64,000 nucleotides of DNA, taken from the IMG/VR virus record IMGVR_UViG_3300032322_002004. One strand, 5' to 3'. Positions 9,452-18,221 of the stretch are shown here, one piece after another. The notes below the pieces were generated by a model. That model did not search any database, was not told the origin of the DNA, and was given only the letters and a program-made list of their open reading frames with translations. The position numbers and the translations under genes were made by a program. Source of the DNA: an uncultured virus (IMG/VR IMGVR_UViG_3300032322_002004). Taxonomy: Duplodnaviria > Heunggongvirae > Uroviricota > Caudoviricetes. Each line of letters begins with the position of its first letter. The stretch's first letter is position 1.

Positions 9452-10816
9452 ATGTCAAGCTACAATTCACCGCTTCCGGTGGGTTCACCAGAGGGTACAG
9501 GCGCAGCAGCTATTGCTATCGCAGAGACCCCAGGCGGAACTAACACCAACGGTAATGCAACAGATTCAGCAGGAAACGTAAAAGTAGATTTCGTATGGGG
9601 TAACTACCCTATGCAACCAAACGATGTTCGTACAGAAGAAGCTGCTGGAAACTTTGGCGGAACAACAGGATCAGATGAACTTGCTTACAGAACTGCTGTA
9701 GTAACAGCTGCATCTGGCAACGGAACCACTGTTACTTACACAGCGGCTAACTCATTCCATGTCGGACAGACTGTAACAATCACAGGTCTTGCTACATCAG
9801 CTCTTAATCTTTCAAACGTACTTATTGCTTCACTTGTAGGTACAGAAGGCGCTCGTACAGGCTTTACAGTAACTAACGCAGCTTCAGGATCTGACTCAGC
9901 TCAGACAGCTGTTGCTAAGGTAGTTGTTGGAGAGATCCCTGGAGTTGGCGCTGATGCTTCATGGGCAGCAACAACTAAGGTAGCTGGAGCTCGTCTTGAT
10001 GCAGCTCTTGACAACCATGCAAATGCAGAGGCTGAATGGAACAACTATCCAGCATTTACTCCAGGAGCAGGTAACTACAAGGTTACAGCTGCTACAGGTA
10101 ATGGAACAACTGTTACATACACAGCTCAGAACAACCTTGAAGTCGGAGATGTTGTAAACATTACAGGTCTTACAGCTTCAGCTTACAACCTTTCAAACGC
10201 AACAGTTGCTACAGCTGATGCCCTTAAGTTCACAGTAACTAACGCAGCTAACGCTGGTGAAATTACCGGACAGTGGTACGGCAAGGTAGAACGCGCAGAT
10301 GCTCTAACAGCAGCTGATGGCGCTGGAATTGGCTACATCGTAGTACCTAACGTACTTGGTGAGACAACAGCAGTAGCTCTTGATGAGCTTCGTGACGCTG
10401 GTTACGAGCTAGCTAATATCACAACAGCTGCCGCTGCTACAAATACCCTTACAGATATCACTCGCTTTAACGCTACAAGCGCTACAGTGGCTGTTATCTA
10501 CGCAACAAATGCCCACACCAACTACCTAACAGGTACTAAGGTTACAGTTGTTGCAGGAACACCAGCTGGAGCAAACCCAGTTAATCTTCCAGCTTACGCA
10601 CTCGGTACATGGACAGTCACAGGAACTGCGGGCTCAGGTCAGATCACAGTATCTGGTTCTGGCTTTACAGTTGCAGATACAACAGGCGTCAATGCAACCG
10701 ACACTCTTGCTGGTGCAGCAGGAACAATCAAGACACAGTCAACAGCTGCAAACGCATCTTCAGTGGCTACAACAGCAACAATCACAGTTACACCTTACGC
10801 AACAGCTACAGCCTAA
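9452..10816 (+). CDS. Virion structural protein with two internal beta-repeats and a split PASTA-like domain
   Basis: Strong codon bias; two GNGTTVTYTA repeats; VVPNVLGETTAVALDELRDAG...GTIKTQS...ITVTP. Confidence 0.7.
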   Translation: MSSYNSPLPVGSPEGTGAAAIAIAETPGGTNTNGNATDSAGNVKVDFVWGNYPMQPNDVRTEEAAGNFGGTTGSDELAYRTAVVTAASGNGTTVTYTAANSFHVGQTVTITGLATSALNLSNVLIASLVGTEGARTGFTVTNAASGSDSAQTAVAKVVVGEIPGVGADASWAATTKVAGARLDAALDNHANAEAEWNNYPAFTPGAGNYKVTAATGNGTTVTYTAQNNLEVGDVVNITGLTASAYNLSNATVATADALKFTVTNAANAGEITGQWYGKVERADALTAADGAGIGYIVVPNVLGETTAVALDELRDAGYELANITTAAAATNTLTDITRFNATSATVAVIYATNAHTNYLTGTKVTVVAGTPAGANPVNLPAYALGTWTVTGTAGSGQITVSGSGFTVADTTGVNATDTLAGAAGTIKTQSTAANASSVATTATITVTPYATATA

Positions 10817-10829
10817 TATCAACACAAAC

Positions 10830-10862
10830 AAAAAGCCCCCGGCTAATAACCGGGGGCTTTTT
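10830..10862. terminator. Bidirectional intrinsic terminator
   Basis: AAAAAGCCCCCGG-ctaataa-CCGGGGGCTTTTT between convergent genes. Confidence 0.9.
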
Positions 10863-10873
10863 GGTTTATATAT

Positions 10874-11413
10874 TTAGTTCTTTGGAAATTGTTTTAAAAA
10901 ACTCTCATATCTAGCTCCGTTTGTTTGACCTGGATGTACTTTCCAGGAAGACCAGTCTTCTCCACCGTTAGTCATGTAGAAAGTTATTTCCGCATTTGTA
11001 ACTGGGTCAAAGAGATCTTTATTTGATTTGAGGTCAAATTTCTCTCGTCGATCTTCTCCGAGGCTTCCCAGCATATTAATCTGGAAAACTCCGTAGGAGT
11101 TGTCTCCTGTTGAAACATCTCCGTTATGGGCTAAGGGGCGACCGTTAGACTCTTTTTTAGCAACCGCGTAGGCGACCTTGAGAGCTTTTCCCTCAAAACC
11201 AACCGCACTAAGCAGTTCAACTAAGTCTGTATCTGACAGCTCTTTTGCTCCTCTGTACTTATCTAGTGGGTCCACAGTGATTTCCTGTACTGTCACAGTT
11301 GAGCCATCCACCTCGTCCGCGTTAGCGATCGCATGTGGTAGTCCAGCTATTAACAGTGCATACATCGAAAACACCGCCACTTTATCCATTGTTTCTTTTC
11401 TGATATTGAACAT
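10874..11413 (-). CDS. Secreted lytic transglycosylase (SLT / lysozyme-like)
   Basis: Signal-peptide-like N-terminus (..ALLIAGLPHAIANA); AKKESNG catalytic ES, SYGVFQIN, LFDPVTNA, WSSW; GAGAGGAG RBS. Confidence 0.85.
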   Translation of the reverse strand: MFNIRKETMDKVAVFSMYALLIAGLPHAIANADEVDGSTVTVQEITVDPLDKYRGAKELSDTDLVELLSAVGFEGKALKVAYAVAKKESNGRPLAHNGDVSTGDNSYGVFQINMLGSLGEDRREKFDLKSNKDLFDPVTNAEITFYMTNGGEDWSSWKVHPGQTNGARYESFLKQFPKN

Positions 11414-11430
11414 TTCTGCTCCTCTCAGTA

Positions 11431-11495
11431 ATAAAAGACGCTATTGCTAGCGTCTTCTAAACTCTAGGTTGCCACAGAGTTACATCTTAGGTCAA
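11431..11495 (-). promoter_or_regulatory. Putative promoter and leader hairpin of the SLT gene
   Basis: Minus strand: TTGACC-18nt-CAACCT, then AAGACGCTA-GCAA-TAGCGTCTT followed by TTATT. Confidence 0.5.
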
Positions 11496-11636
11496 GTTGA
11501 AACAAATATATTTTTTATATTAAGACAAATTCACGCTTAAGTGGTCTAATTTAGATATATAAATCTCGTGATTTGAGACGGACAACACACTCTTCTATTT
11601 TGAATTTGACATCTTCTACAGAATGAGTATGTGTAA

Positions 11637-11873
11637 ATGAGCGTATCTGACTGGGCCGCATTAACCTCTGTTGTTCTTGGAGTAGGCGGAGTAACTATCC
11701 TTGGTATCAAGTGGACAATCAAGCATTATCTAGCTGAACTTAAGCCAAATGGCGGATCAAGCATGCGGGACTCCATTAATAAAATCGCTACCGATGTAAC
11801 GGAAATGCGAGTCTCTTTAGCTCGTCTAGAAGGCCGGTTTGACCAGCACGTTGACGAATCTCCTGAGTGGTAG
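11637..11873 (+). CDS. Single-TM membrane protein, lysis-associated candidate
   Basis: N-terminal TM helix, ELKPNGGSSMRD motif, coiled C-terminus; adjacent to the holin. Confidence 0.65.
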   Translation: MSVSDWAALTSVVLGVGGVTILGIKWTIKHYLAELKPNGGSSMRDSINKIATDVTEMRVSLARLEGRFDQHVDESPEW

Positions 11874-11918
11874 TACTTTTGTAGGGCGGGAATCCCGCCT
11901 AACACGAAAGAGAGAAAA

Positions 11919-12113
11919 ATGAACACAGCACAGCTTCAAGCAGCGTTTGGCTCTTACCTCCGCGCATCACTAGCGGCAGTAGCTGCTCTTTACATGAGTG
12001 GTGTTACGGACCCAAAGACGCTCCTTAACGCGTTTATTGCTGGCCTTGTCGGACCTCTTGCAAAGGCCGTCAATCCAAAGGACAAGTCGATTGGTATTGG
12101 CGCGTCCAAGTAA
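11919..12113 (+). CDS. Holin
   Basis: 64 aa, two TM helices, basic C-terminus (NPKDKSIG). Confidence 0.65.
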   Translation: MNTAQLQAAFGSYLRASLAAVAALYMSGVTDPKTLLNAFIAGLVGPLAKAVNPKDKSIGIGASK

Positions 12114-12124
12114 CCAGACTTACG

Positions 12125-12159
12125 AAAAAGGAGCTGATAGAGATATCGGCTCCTTTTTT
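12125..12159 (+). terminator. Intrinsic terminator
   Basis: AAAAAGGAGCTGATA-gaga-TATCGGCTCCTTTTTT. Confidence 0.85.
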
Positions 12160-12175
12160 GTTGTATACTGAAGCC

Positions 12176-12415
12176 ATGATTAAATGTGCTAACTGCTCTT
12201 ACGCAGCTGTTTATACGATAGATGAACCAGGAGCAAATCCTGTTGATTACTGCTCTACTTGTATTCCACGCTGGCTTCTTACAGCAGCAGCTGATGGTAA
12301 ATTTGTACTTCGTTCTGAAGGTGTAAAAAAAGAAGTTGTTGAAGAGAAGCCAAAGTCAACCAAAAAGAAAGCAGAAGCGCCTGTAGAGGAAACGCCTGCC
12401 GATGAGAGTAACTAG
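12176..12415 (+). CDS. Zn-binding hypothetical protein, probably leaderless
   Basis: CANC...CSTC; TATACT 6 nt before the ATG and no SD. Confidence 0.65.
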   Translation: MIKCANCSYAAVYTIDEPGANPVDYCSTCIPRWLLTAAADGKFVLRSEGVKKEVVEEKPKSTKKKAEAPVEETPADESN

Positions 12416-12665
12416 TAAACCTGCTATTCAGGTACACCCCGTTCCTCACACTGTAACGGATCCAAAGGGACCTTTTCCTAGGGAGCTGTTTGACGAGCCG
12501 GATATTGTGGTTGATTATGAACCTCAAGACAATGAAGATGGAAGTAACTTTCCTTTAGGGGCCACTTCTCAAAACAATTTTAAACCTGTAAGATATTTAC
12601 GCTGTTCAGTATGCTTAGTTCGAGTGCTAGAGACAGAGACTGAAAACCACGTTTGTGAGGAATAA
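12402..12665 (+). CDS. Hypothetical protein with C-terminal zinc ribbon
   Basis: CSVC...HVC. Confidence 0.6.
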   Translation: MRVTSKPAIQVHPVPHTVTDPKGPFPRELFDEPDIVVDYEPQDNEDGSNFPLGATSQNNFKPVRYLRCSVCLVRVLETETENHVCEE

Positions 12666-13210
12666 TGGCTAGAAGAAGCAAAGCGTATTTAGAGGGAATG
12701 AACCGGGTAAGCGAAGAGCTAGCTCGGGTTAAAAGCAATGACTCTAACCGTGTAGCAAAACGTGAGCTTAAAGAAAGCCAAAATGAAGTTTTTGAAAATA
12801 CAGAGTGGCTTGTTAGTATTCCTAAAGAATTAAAAAATGCTGGTGCTGAGGTTAAAAACGCACCGACCACCAACCAGGAGCGCCCACGTGCCTGGACCAT
12901 TGCCTACCATCCAGAAGATAGAAAACTAGTTGTGGTCTTTAGAGACAACACTTGGTGGCAGTATAACAACGTACCTGTGCAAATGTGGGAAGGTTTAAAG
13001 GCTAGTGGTTCTACCGGAAAGTATCTACGTACTTCAGGACTAGATCAGTGGCCGGATATGGGACCAGCTGATATGAGTGAGTTTTCTTCTGGGGCAAAAG
13101 AGAAGATCAGCCAAACAGCTTTAATTAGTAGCAAGCTTGGAAAGCCGCTACCAGATGATTTTAATATTAAAAACTTCACAGCAAAGGAAATATTTAACGA
13201 AATCCTATGA
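12665..13210 (+). CDS. KTSC-domain protein
   Basis: IAYHPEDRKLVVVF...WQYNNVPVQMWEGLKASGSTGKYL matches the KTSC pattern. Confidence 0.75.
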   Translation: MARRSKAYLEGMNRVSEELARVKSNDSNRVAKRELKESQNEVFENTEWLVSIPKELKNAGAEVKNAPTTNQERPRAWTIAYHPEDRKLVVVFRDNTWWQYNNVPVQMWEGLKASGSTGKYLRTSGLDQWPDMGPADMSEFSSGAKEKISQTALISSKLGKPLPDDFNIKNFTAKEIFNEIL

Positions 13211-13506
13211 AAACATACGGTCAACTATACGTCGGAAAACTTGAGTACTACCACCGCAAACCTCTACCAATTGTAGAAATTGGATGGACGCAGGAAACAG
13301 ATCACCCGTACCGTAAAGGCACTTGCCTAGTCTTTAGACTGCCATTTACCAAGCCAGGGTTTTATATGGGTAAATGGATTATTGGATCAGAGTTGCCATT
13401 TGAAGCAGATAATGCAATAGACTCCCGCCTATCGGATGCTATGAAAGTCCGCAACGTTTGGAAGCCGGAGGATGGCAGTTATGAAGAAGCTTTTTTCAAA
13501 GAGTAA
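13207..13506 (+). CDS. Hypothetical protein
   Basis: ATGA-coupled 99-aa ORF. Confidence 0.65.
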   Translation: MKTYGQLYVGKLEYYHRKPLPIVEIGWTQETDHPYRKGTCLVFRLPFTKPGFYMGKWIIGSELPFEADNAIDSRLSDAMKVRNVWKPEDGSYEEAFFKE

Positions 13507-13732
13507 TAAAGACTGGAATAAACCATTTTCAGAAAAGGTTGCCAAGCGAGTATCTCGAATCCCTACTGCTGAGCTAGAAATGTGGCTAGAGCAATCTATT
13601 TATGAGGTTGGGCGATGCCTTTCCGGTTACACAAAAAGTCGAGAAATGGTTTACCTACAAGAAGCTAGAACTGGCGCCGAAGCCTTGCATGCAGTTGTAG
13701 AAGAGCTTTACAAAAGGAACTCCAAGCCGTAA
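13481..13732 (+). CDS. Hypothetical protein
   Basis: GGAGG RBS upstream of the ATG at 13481; helical. Confidence 0.65.
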   Translation: MKKLFSKSNKDWNKPFSEKVAKRVSRIPTAELEMWLEQSIYEVGRCLSGYTKSREMVYLQEARTGAEALHAVVEELYKRNSKP

Positions 13733-13765
13733 GTAGATTTGTCGACTTTGTGCTAAACTAAGCCT

Positions 13766-13838
13766 TGCCTCTCTCTTCCTCTCCCCGTGTGGTGGCAGCA
13801 AAGGGCCCTGGGTTTAATAGCCCAGGCTTTTTGTTTTT
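13766..13838 (+). ncRNA. Candidate small RNA with CU-rich segment and terminator hairpin
   Basis: Extended -10 TGcTAAACT at 13751-13759, then CCTCTCTCTTCCTCTCCCC, then hairpin CCTGGGTT-taat-AGCCCAGG with a T-tract. Confidence 0.4.
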
Positions 13839-13857
13839 AACTAGACTTAAGGTTAAT

Positions 13858-15447
13858 ATGGAAAACAACATTGTGTTAGAAGATGACGACGAAGAGTTCT
13901 TCCAAGTAGACGCGGAAGAAGAAGACCTTGCGCCGGAAGAAGAGTTTGAAGAACTTGATGAACTATCTAGAGAGTTTGTTAAAAAAATAACTGATCGAAC
14001 TATTCAGTTTATGACAGCTCTTGTTGGGCATGAGTTACACCCTTATCAAATGCCGTTAGCACGTCGAATTATTGAATCTGTAATTATTAATGATGGTGAA
14101 GAAATTACAGCACTTGCTGCACGTCAGTCAGGTAAATCAGAAACTATTGCTAACACTGTAGCTACACTTATGGTGCTACTCCCTCGTCTTGCAAAAATGT
14201 ATCCAGATCTTCTTGGTAAGTTTAAAGATGGTATTTGGATCGGTATGTTTGCTCCAGTTGAGGGTCAGGTTGAAACGTTGTTTGGTCGTACAGTAAACCG
14301 ACTTACATCAGAGCGGGCGCTTGAAATTCTTGGCGATCCAGAGATTGATGATTCTTTAGGAAAAGTCCCTGGTGTAACACGACAAATTAAACTTAAGAAC
14401 TCAGGGAGCAGTCTTATGATGATGACAGCTAACCCTAGAGCTAAAATTGAATCTAAGTCTTTTCATCTTATTGTTATCGACGAGTGCCAGGAGGCAGATG
14501 ACTTTGTTGTATCAAAATCTATTAGCCCTATGCTTGCTTATTACTCAGGAACTATGGTTAAGACAGGCACTCCAACTACAAGTAAAAACAATTTTTATCG
14601 TTCAATCCAACTAAACAAACGCCGACAAACCGGGCGTACATCTAGGCAGAATCATTTTGAGTGGGACTGGCGAGACGTAGCTAAAGTAAATGTTAACTAC
14701 GGTAAGTTTATTAAAAAAGAAATGCTTCGTATTGGGGAGGACTCTGATGAGTTCCAGATGTCGTACTCATGCAAATGGTTGCTGGAGCGAGGAATGTTCG
14801 TTACATCAGCTATTATGGACGAGCTCGGAGACACGTCGCAAGAAACTGTCAAAGCTTGGCACAGAACGCCAGTCGTTGTTGGAATTGACCCTGCAAGAAA
14901 ACTTGACTCAACAGTAGTTACAGTTGTCTGGGTAGACTGGGATAGACCAGATGAGTTTGGGTATTACGACCATCGAGTTTTAAATTGGTTAGAGATTCAA
15001 GGCGATGACTGGGAAGATCAATACTTCCAAATTGTCAGCTTCTTAAATAACTACGACGTGCTAGCTGTAGGTATTGACGCTAATGGTGTTGGAGACGCAG
15101 TAGCTCAAAGAATGAAACTGCTTTTACCAAGAGCTGAAGTTCACTCTATAGGTAGTAGCCAACCTGAGCAATCAAAGCGCTGGAAGCACTTAAAAGCCTT
15201 AATTGATCGACGTATGGTTGGCTGGCCAGCTCACGCAAAAACCAGGCGTCTTAGAACCTGGAAGCGCTTTTACCAACAAATGACGGATCTAGAAACAAAG
15301 TTCCAAGGTCCTAACTTTTTAGCGCATGCCCCAGAAGAAGCCCATGCCCACGACGATTATGCCGACTCTTTGGCTATTGCTTGCGCCCTAACCATGGACC
15401 TAACAATGCCGCAGGTAGAAGTGTCCTCCTCCCCGTTTTTTAGATAA
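13858..15447 (+). CDS. terL: Terminase large subunit
   Basis: Walker A ARQSGKSE, Walker B IVIDE, TGTP coupling motif, nuclease GIDPA...HDDYADS. Confidence 0.93.
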   Translation: MENNIVLEDDDEEFFQVDAEEEDLAPEEEFEELDELSREFVKKITDRTIQFMTALVGHELHPYQMPLARRIIESVIINDGEEITALAARQSGKSETIANTVATLMVLLPRLAKMYPDLLGKFKDGIWIGMFAPVEGQVETLFGRTVNRLTSERALEILGDPEIDDSLGKVPGVTRQIKLKNSGSSLMMMTANPRAKIESKSFHLIVIDECQEADDFVVSKSISPMLAYYSGTMVKTGTPTTSKNNFYRSIQLNKRRQTGRTSRQNHFEWDWRDVAKVNVNYGKFIKKEMLRIGEDSDEFQMSYSCKWLLERGMFVTSAIMDELGDTSQETVKAWHRTPVVVGIDPARKLDSTVVTVVWVDWDRPDEFGYYDHRVLNWLEIQGDDWEDQYFQIVSFLNNYDVLAVGIDANGVGDAVAQRMKLLLPRAEVHSIGSSQPEQSKRWKHLKALIDRRMVGWPAHAKTRRLRTWKRFYQQMTDLETKFQGPNFLAHAPEEAHAHDDYADSLAIACALTMDLTMPQVEVSSSPFFR

Positions 15448-15527
15448 TTTACACTTTAGCCTGTTTATCTCCTTTAAAAGTAGGACACTTTTACCGAGGT
15501 CCTCAAACCAACATTTAGGAGTCATTA

Positions 15528-15926
15528 ATGACAATTGCACCAGATCCAAAGTTCCCTGAAAAAGTAGGAGCTATTTACGACCGCAAGATGGCAGGCGCTG
15601 TCCCAGGACAACGCGGACCACTTCGTTTCGAAGAAGGCATTGCAACAGACACAGACGTACCAGCTCAGTTTACAAACGGAGCAATGCAGGGATACATGCC
15701 TGCACCAGGTCGCGCTAATCGCAATGCACCTGTTTGGCAAAAGACAGCTGAAGAAACAATGCGTGAACGCGCACACGTTGGTTCAGCTGCATGGGTAGAA
15801 GCACCACAGAACTTGACAGACTTTGCTGCTGGCGGTTTTGCTGATCATGGCGACAATCGTTTCGAAGAAGTTATTCGCAACGGCGCTCGTCAGAGTGCTA
15901 TGAACCCTGCCGTAGTCCAGGACTAA
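15528..15926 (+). CDS. Hypothetical protein, probably virion-associated
   Basis: AGGAG RBS; biased codon usage; lies between terL and portal. Confidence 0.75.
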   Translation: MTIAPDPKFPEKVGAIYDRKMAGAVPGQRGPLRFEEGIATDTDVPAQFTNGAMQGYMPAPGRANRNAPVWQKTAEETMRERAHVGSAAWVEAPQNLTDFAAGGFADHGDNRFEEVIRNGARQSAMNPAVVQD

Positions 15927-15933
15927 TTTAATA

Positions 15934-15989
15934 AAGTTTCTCGTCCCCCGTATTCAGGCGACAAGGCTGGCGGGGGCGAGAACTTCTTT
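15934..15989 (+). terminator. Large hairpin / probable terminator
   Basis: AAGTTtCTCGTCCCCCG...CGGGGGCGAGAACTT followed by CTTT. Confidence 0.55.
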
Positions 15990-16002
15990 ATAAGGATTAA
16001 AA

Positions 16003-16314
16003 ATGCTAATTAGAGGTCAAGAAGTAAAAGCGGGTCCAAAGCAGTTACCTGCAAACCCAAAAATGTACAACATGGTAAGAACTCAAGCTAAGGCTCGTTT
16101 CTCAAAACAATCCCCAGCATCAGCTCACTGGATTCATGCAAAGTACATCCAAATGGGCGGGAAGTTTGTAGATTCCAAAAAAGATATTGACCCTCGATTT
16201 CGCGACTACGTAGAAGAAGAAAAAGAGAAAAAAGAAAAGGCAATGAAGAAAAAGGTTACCAAGCCAGTTGGCAAGGGAACCATTGCCGGTGAATCTTTCC
16301 GACGCCACTTTTAG
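16003..16314 (+). CDS. Hypothetical basic protein
   Basis: AAGGA RBS; Lys-rich 103-aa ORF. Confidence 0.7.
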   Translation: MLIRGQEVKAGPKQLPANPKMYNMVRTQAKARFSKQSPASAHWIHAKYIQMGGKFVDSKKDIDPRFRDYVEEEKEKKEKAMKKKVTKPVGKGTIAGESFRRHF

Positions 16315-16369
16315 CGGTTTGTCGACATTTGTGTTAGTCTATGCGTATTAACAGTAGAAGGGTGTTTTG

Positions 16370-18097
16370 GTGAGCGGTAGCGGTATTGATTTCTCCCCTC
16401 CCAGTTATAGGGCAGCCTCCTCAGATTTAACAATCTCCATCTCCCCGCTTGGTTTAGTAGAGCTTGCAGATGAAGAGTTTGAAGTACACGGCCCTAGACT
16501 AAATCGTTATTCCCTTAACTGGGCAATGTATCTTGGCCATCATTATTCTTATCGCCGTCAAACAGGCGAAACACAGATGGTAATGAATTACTATCGTGCA
16601 TTCACAGACTTTGTACTTAACTTTACTTTTGGTAAAGGTGTCAACTTTAGATCTCCAAAAGAAACAGAAGCTATTGTCCCAGACCTACTAGAGCGTGTGT
16701 GGGAAGTAGATAACAATAAAGCCACAGTATTGTGGGAAATCGGACAACAAGGCGGTGTATCTGGTGATTGCTTTATTAAGGTTGCTTACGAAGAAGCGTG
16801 GACTGATCCCTCTGGCCTTATCCACCCTGGCCGTGTGCGTATTCTTCCTCTTAACTCATCTTTCGCTTTTCCAGAGTTTCATCCTCATGACCGCGAGCGC
16901 CTTATTCGTTTTAAGCTCAAGTATCGTTTCTGGGGCACTTCGCTTGAAGGAACGCGTCAAGTATTTACTTACACAGAAATCTTAACTGACGATGTCATTG
17001 AAGAGTACATCAATGACGAGCTTATTGACTCTCGTCCTAACCCGCTTGGCACTATTCCAATTGTTCATATTCCAAATGTTCGTATTAGTGGTAGCCCTTG
17101 GGGTCTTTCTGATTGCAATGACATTATCAATATTAACCGCACTTACAATGAAACTGCTACGGACGTTGCTGACATTGTTAATTACCACGCAGCTCCCGTC
17201 ACAATCATCATCGGTGCTAAGGCTTCTCAGCTTGAGAAGGGCGCTAACAAAGTCTGGGGCGGACTACCAAAAGACGCAAAGGTAGAAAACCTAGAAGGCG
17301 GATCACAAGGTCTAAAGGGCGCTATGGAATTCTTAGCTTTAATCAAGAAGTCTATGCACGAAATGATCGGTGTTCCAGAGACAGCTCTTGGTCAAGCACA
17401 GCCTATTTCTAATACATCTGGCGTGGCGCTATCTATCCAGTTCCAACCTTTGATGAACCGCTACCACCAAAAGATCATTCAGTACGCTCACGGATTAGAG
17501 CGAGTAAATGAGTTAATTTTAAGAAGCCTTGCAATTAAAGAGCCAGAAACTTTTGTCTGGAAAGCTGAAATTAATACTCCTATTAAAAGCGGTCAGTTGG
17601 ACAAGCTAGATCCACAAGACCCTATTACATACCAGTCTTATGTCCACTTCCCACAACCACTTCCATTAGACAAGCTAATTGCTCTAAACGAAGTTCAGTC
17701 ATTACTTTCATTAGGACTTGAGTCTAAGGAAGGAGCTCTTCGCACATTAGGAGAAGAGTTCCCAGCTGAAAAGCTACAAGAAATCCGTATGGAACTTCTA
17801 GAAGACGCTAAATCAGACGGCGCACTAAAGCTTCTTCAGACACAGATTGAACAAGAAATTATGCAGCTCACCGGCGGAATGGCCGGTCAACCAGGCGCAG
17901 ACATGACTGCTGGTGGTGGAGCTATGACCGCTGGTGGAGGAGGCGCTTTACAAGCTGCCGGAGTACCACCACTTATGGACGGGGCAGATATACAAGCCCA
18001 GCAAGGTGAGGCTGCGCTACGCACCAACCTAGTAACTCAAGCTTACGGAACCGCTCTACCTCGTAGACGACCTCCGGAAGAACAATACGATAAATAA
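16370..18097 (+). CDS. Portal protein (SPP1 gp6-like)
   Basis: Size and position; NPLGTIPIVHIPN, WGLSD and SNTSGVAL motifs of SPP1-type portals. Confidence 0.88.
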   Translation: MSGSGIDFSPPSYRAASSDLTISISPLGLVELADEEFEVHGPRLNRYSLNWAMYLGHHYSYRRQTGETQMVMNYYRAFTDFVLNFTFGKGVNFRSPKETEAIVPDLLERVWEVDNNKATVLWEIGQQGGVSGDCFIKVAYEEAWTDPSGLIHPGRVRILPLNSSFAFPEFHPHDRERLIRFKLKYRFWGTSLEGTRQVFTYTEILTDDVIEEYINDELIDSRPNPLGTIPIVHIPNVRISGSPWGLSDCNDIININRTYNETATDVADIVNYHAAPVTIIIGAKASQLEKGANKVWGGLPKDAKVENLEGGSQGLKGAMEFLALIKKSMHEMIGVPETALGQAQPISNTSGVALSIQFQPLMNRYHQKIIQYAHGLERVNELILRSLAIKEPETFVWKAEINTPIKSGQLDKLDPQDPITYQSYVHFPQPLPLDKLIALNEVQSLLSLGLESKEGALRTLGEEFPAEKLQEIRMELLEDAKSDGALKLLQTQIEQEIMQLTGGMAGQPGADMTAGGGAMTAGGGGALQAAGVPPLMDGADIQAQQGEAALRTNLVTQAYGTALPRRRPPEEQYDK

Positions 18098-18221
18098 ACC
18101 TACTTAGGCAGACAGTTTCGTATTGAATAGAGAAAATATATAGTAACAAACGTTAGGTCATATGTGCTACGCCCGTAAGGGCATTCGGAAAACGACCCCT
18201 AGGATACAGAAGGATGTAAGC

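Noticed and set aside
11414..11636. c-di-AMP (ydaO) riboswitch upstream of the muralytic gene
   Set aside because: The leader is short and AT-rich with a single hairpin; none of the ydaO consensus is visible.
13765..13857. N-terminal extension of terL from TTG 13765
   Set aside because: No RBS and it spans a terminator-like hairpin, so ATG 13858 is preferred. A leaderless TTG start is not fully excluded.
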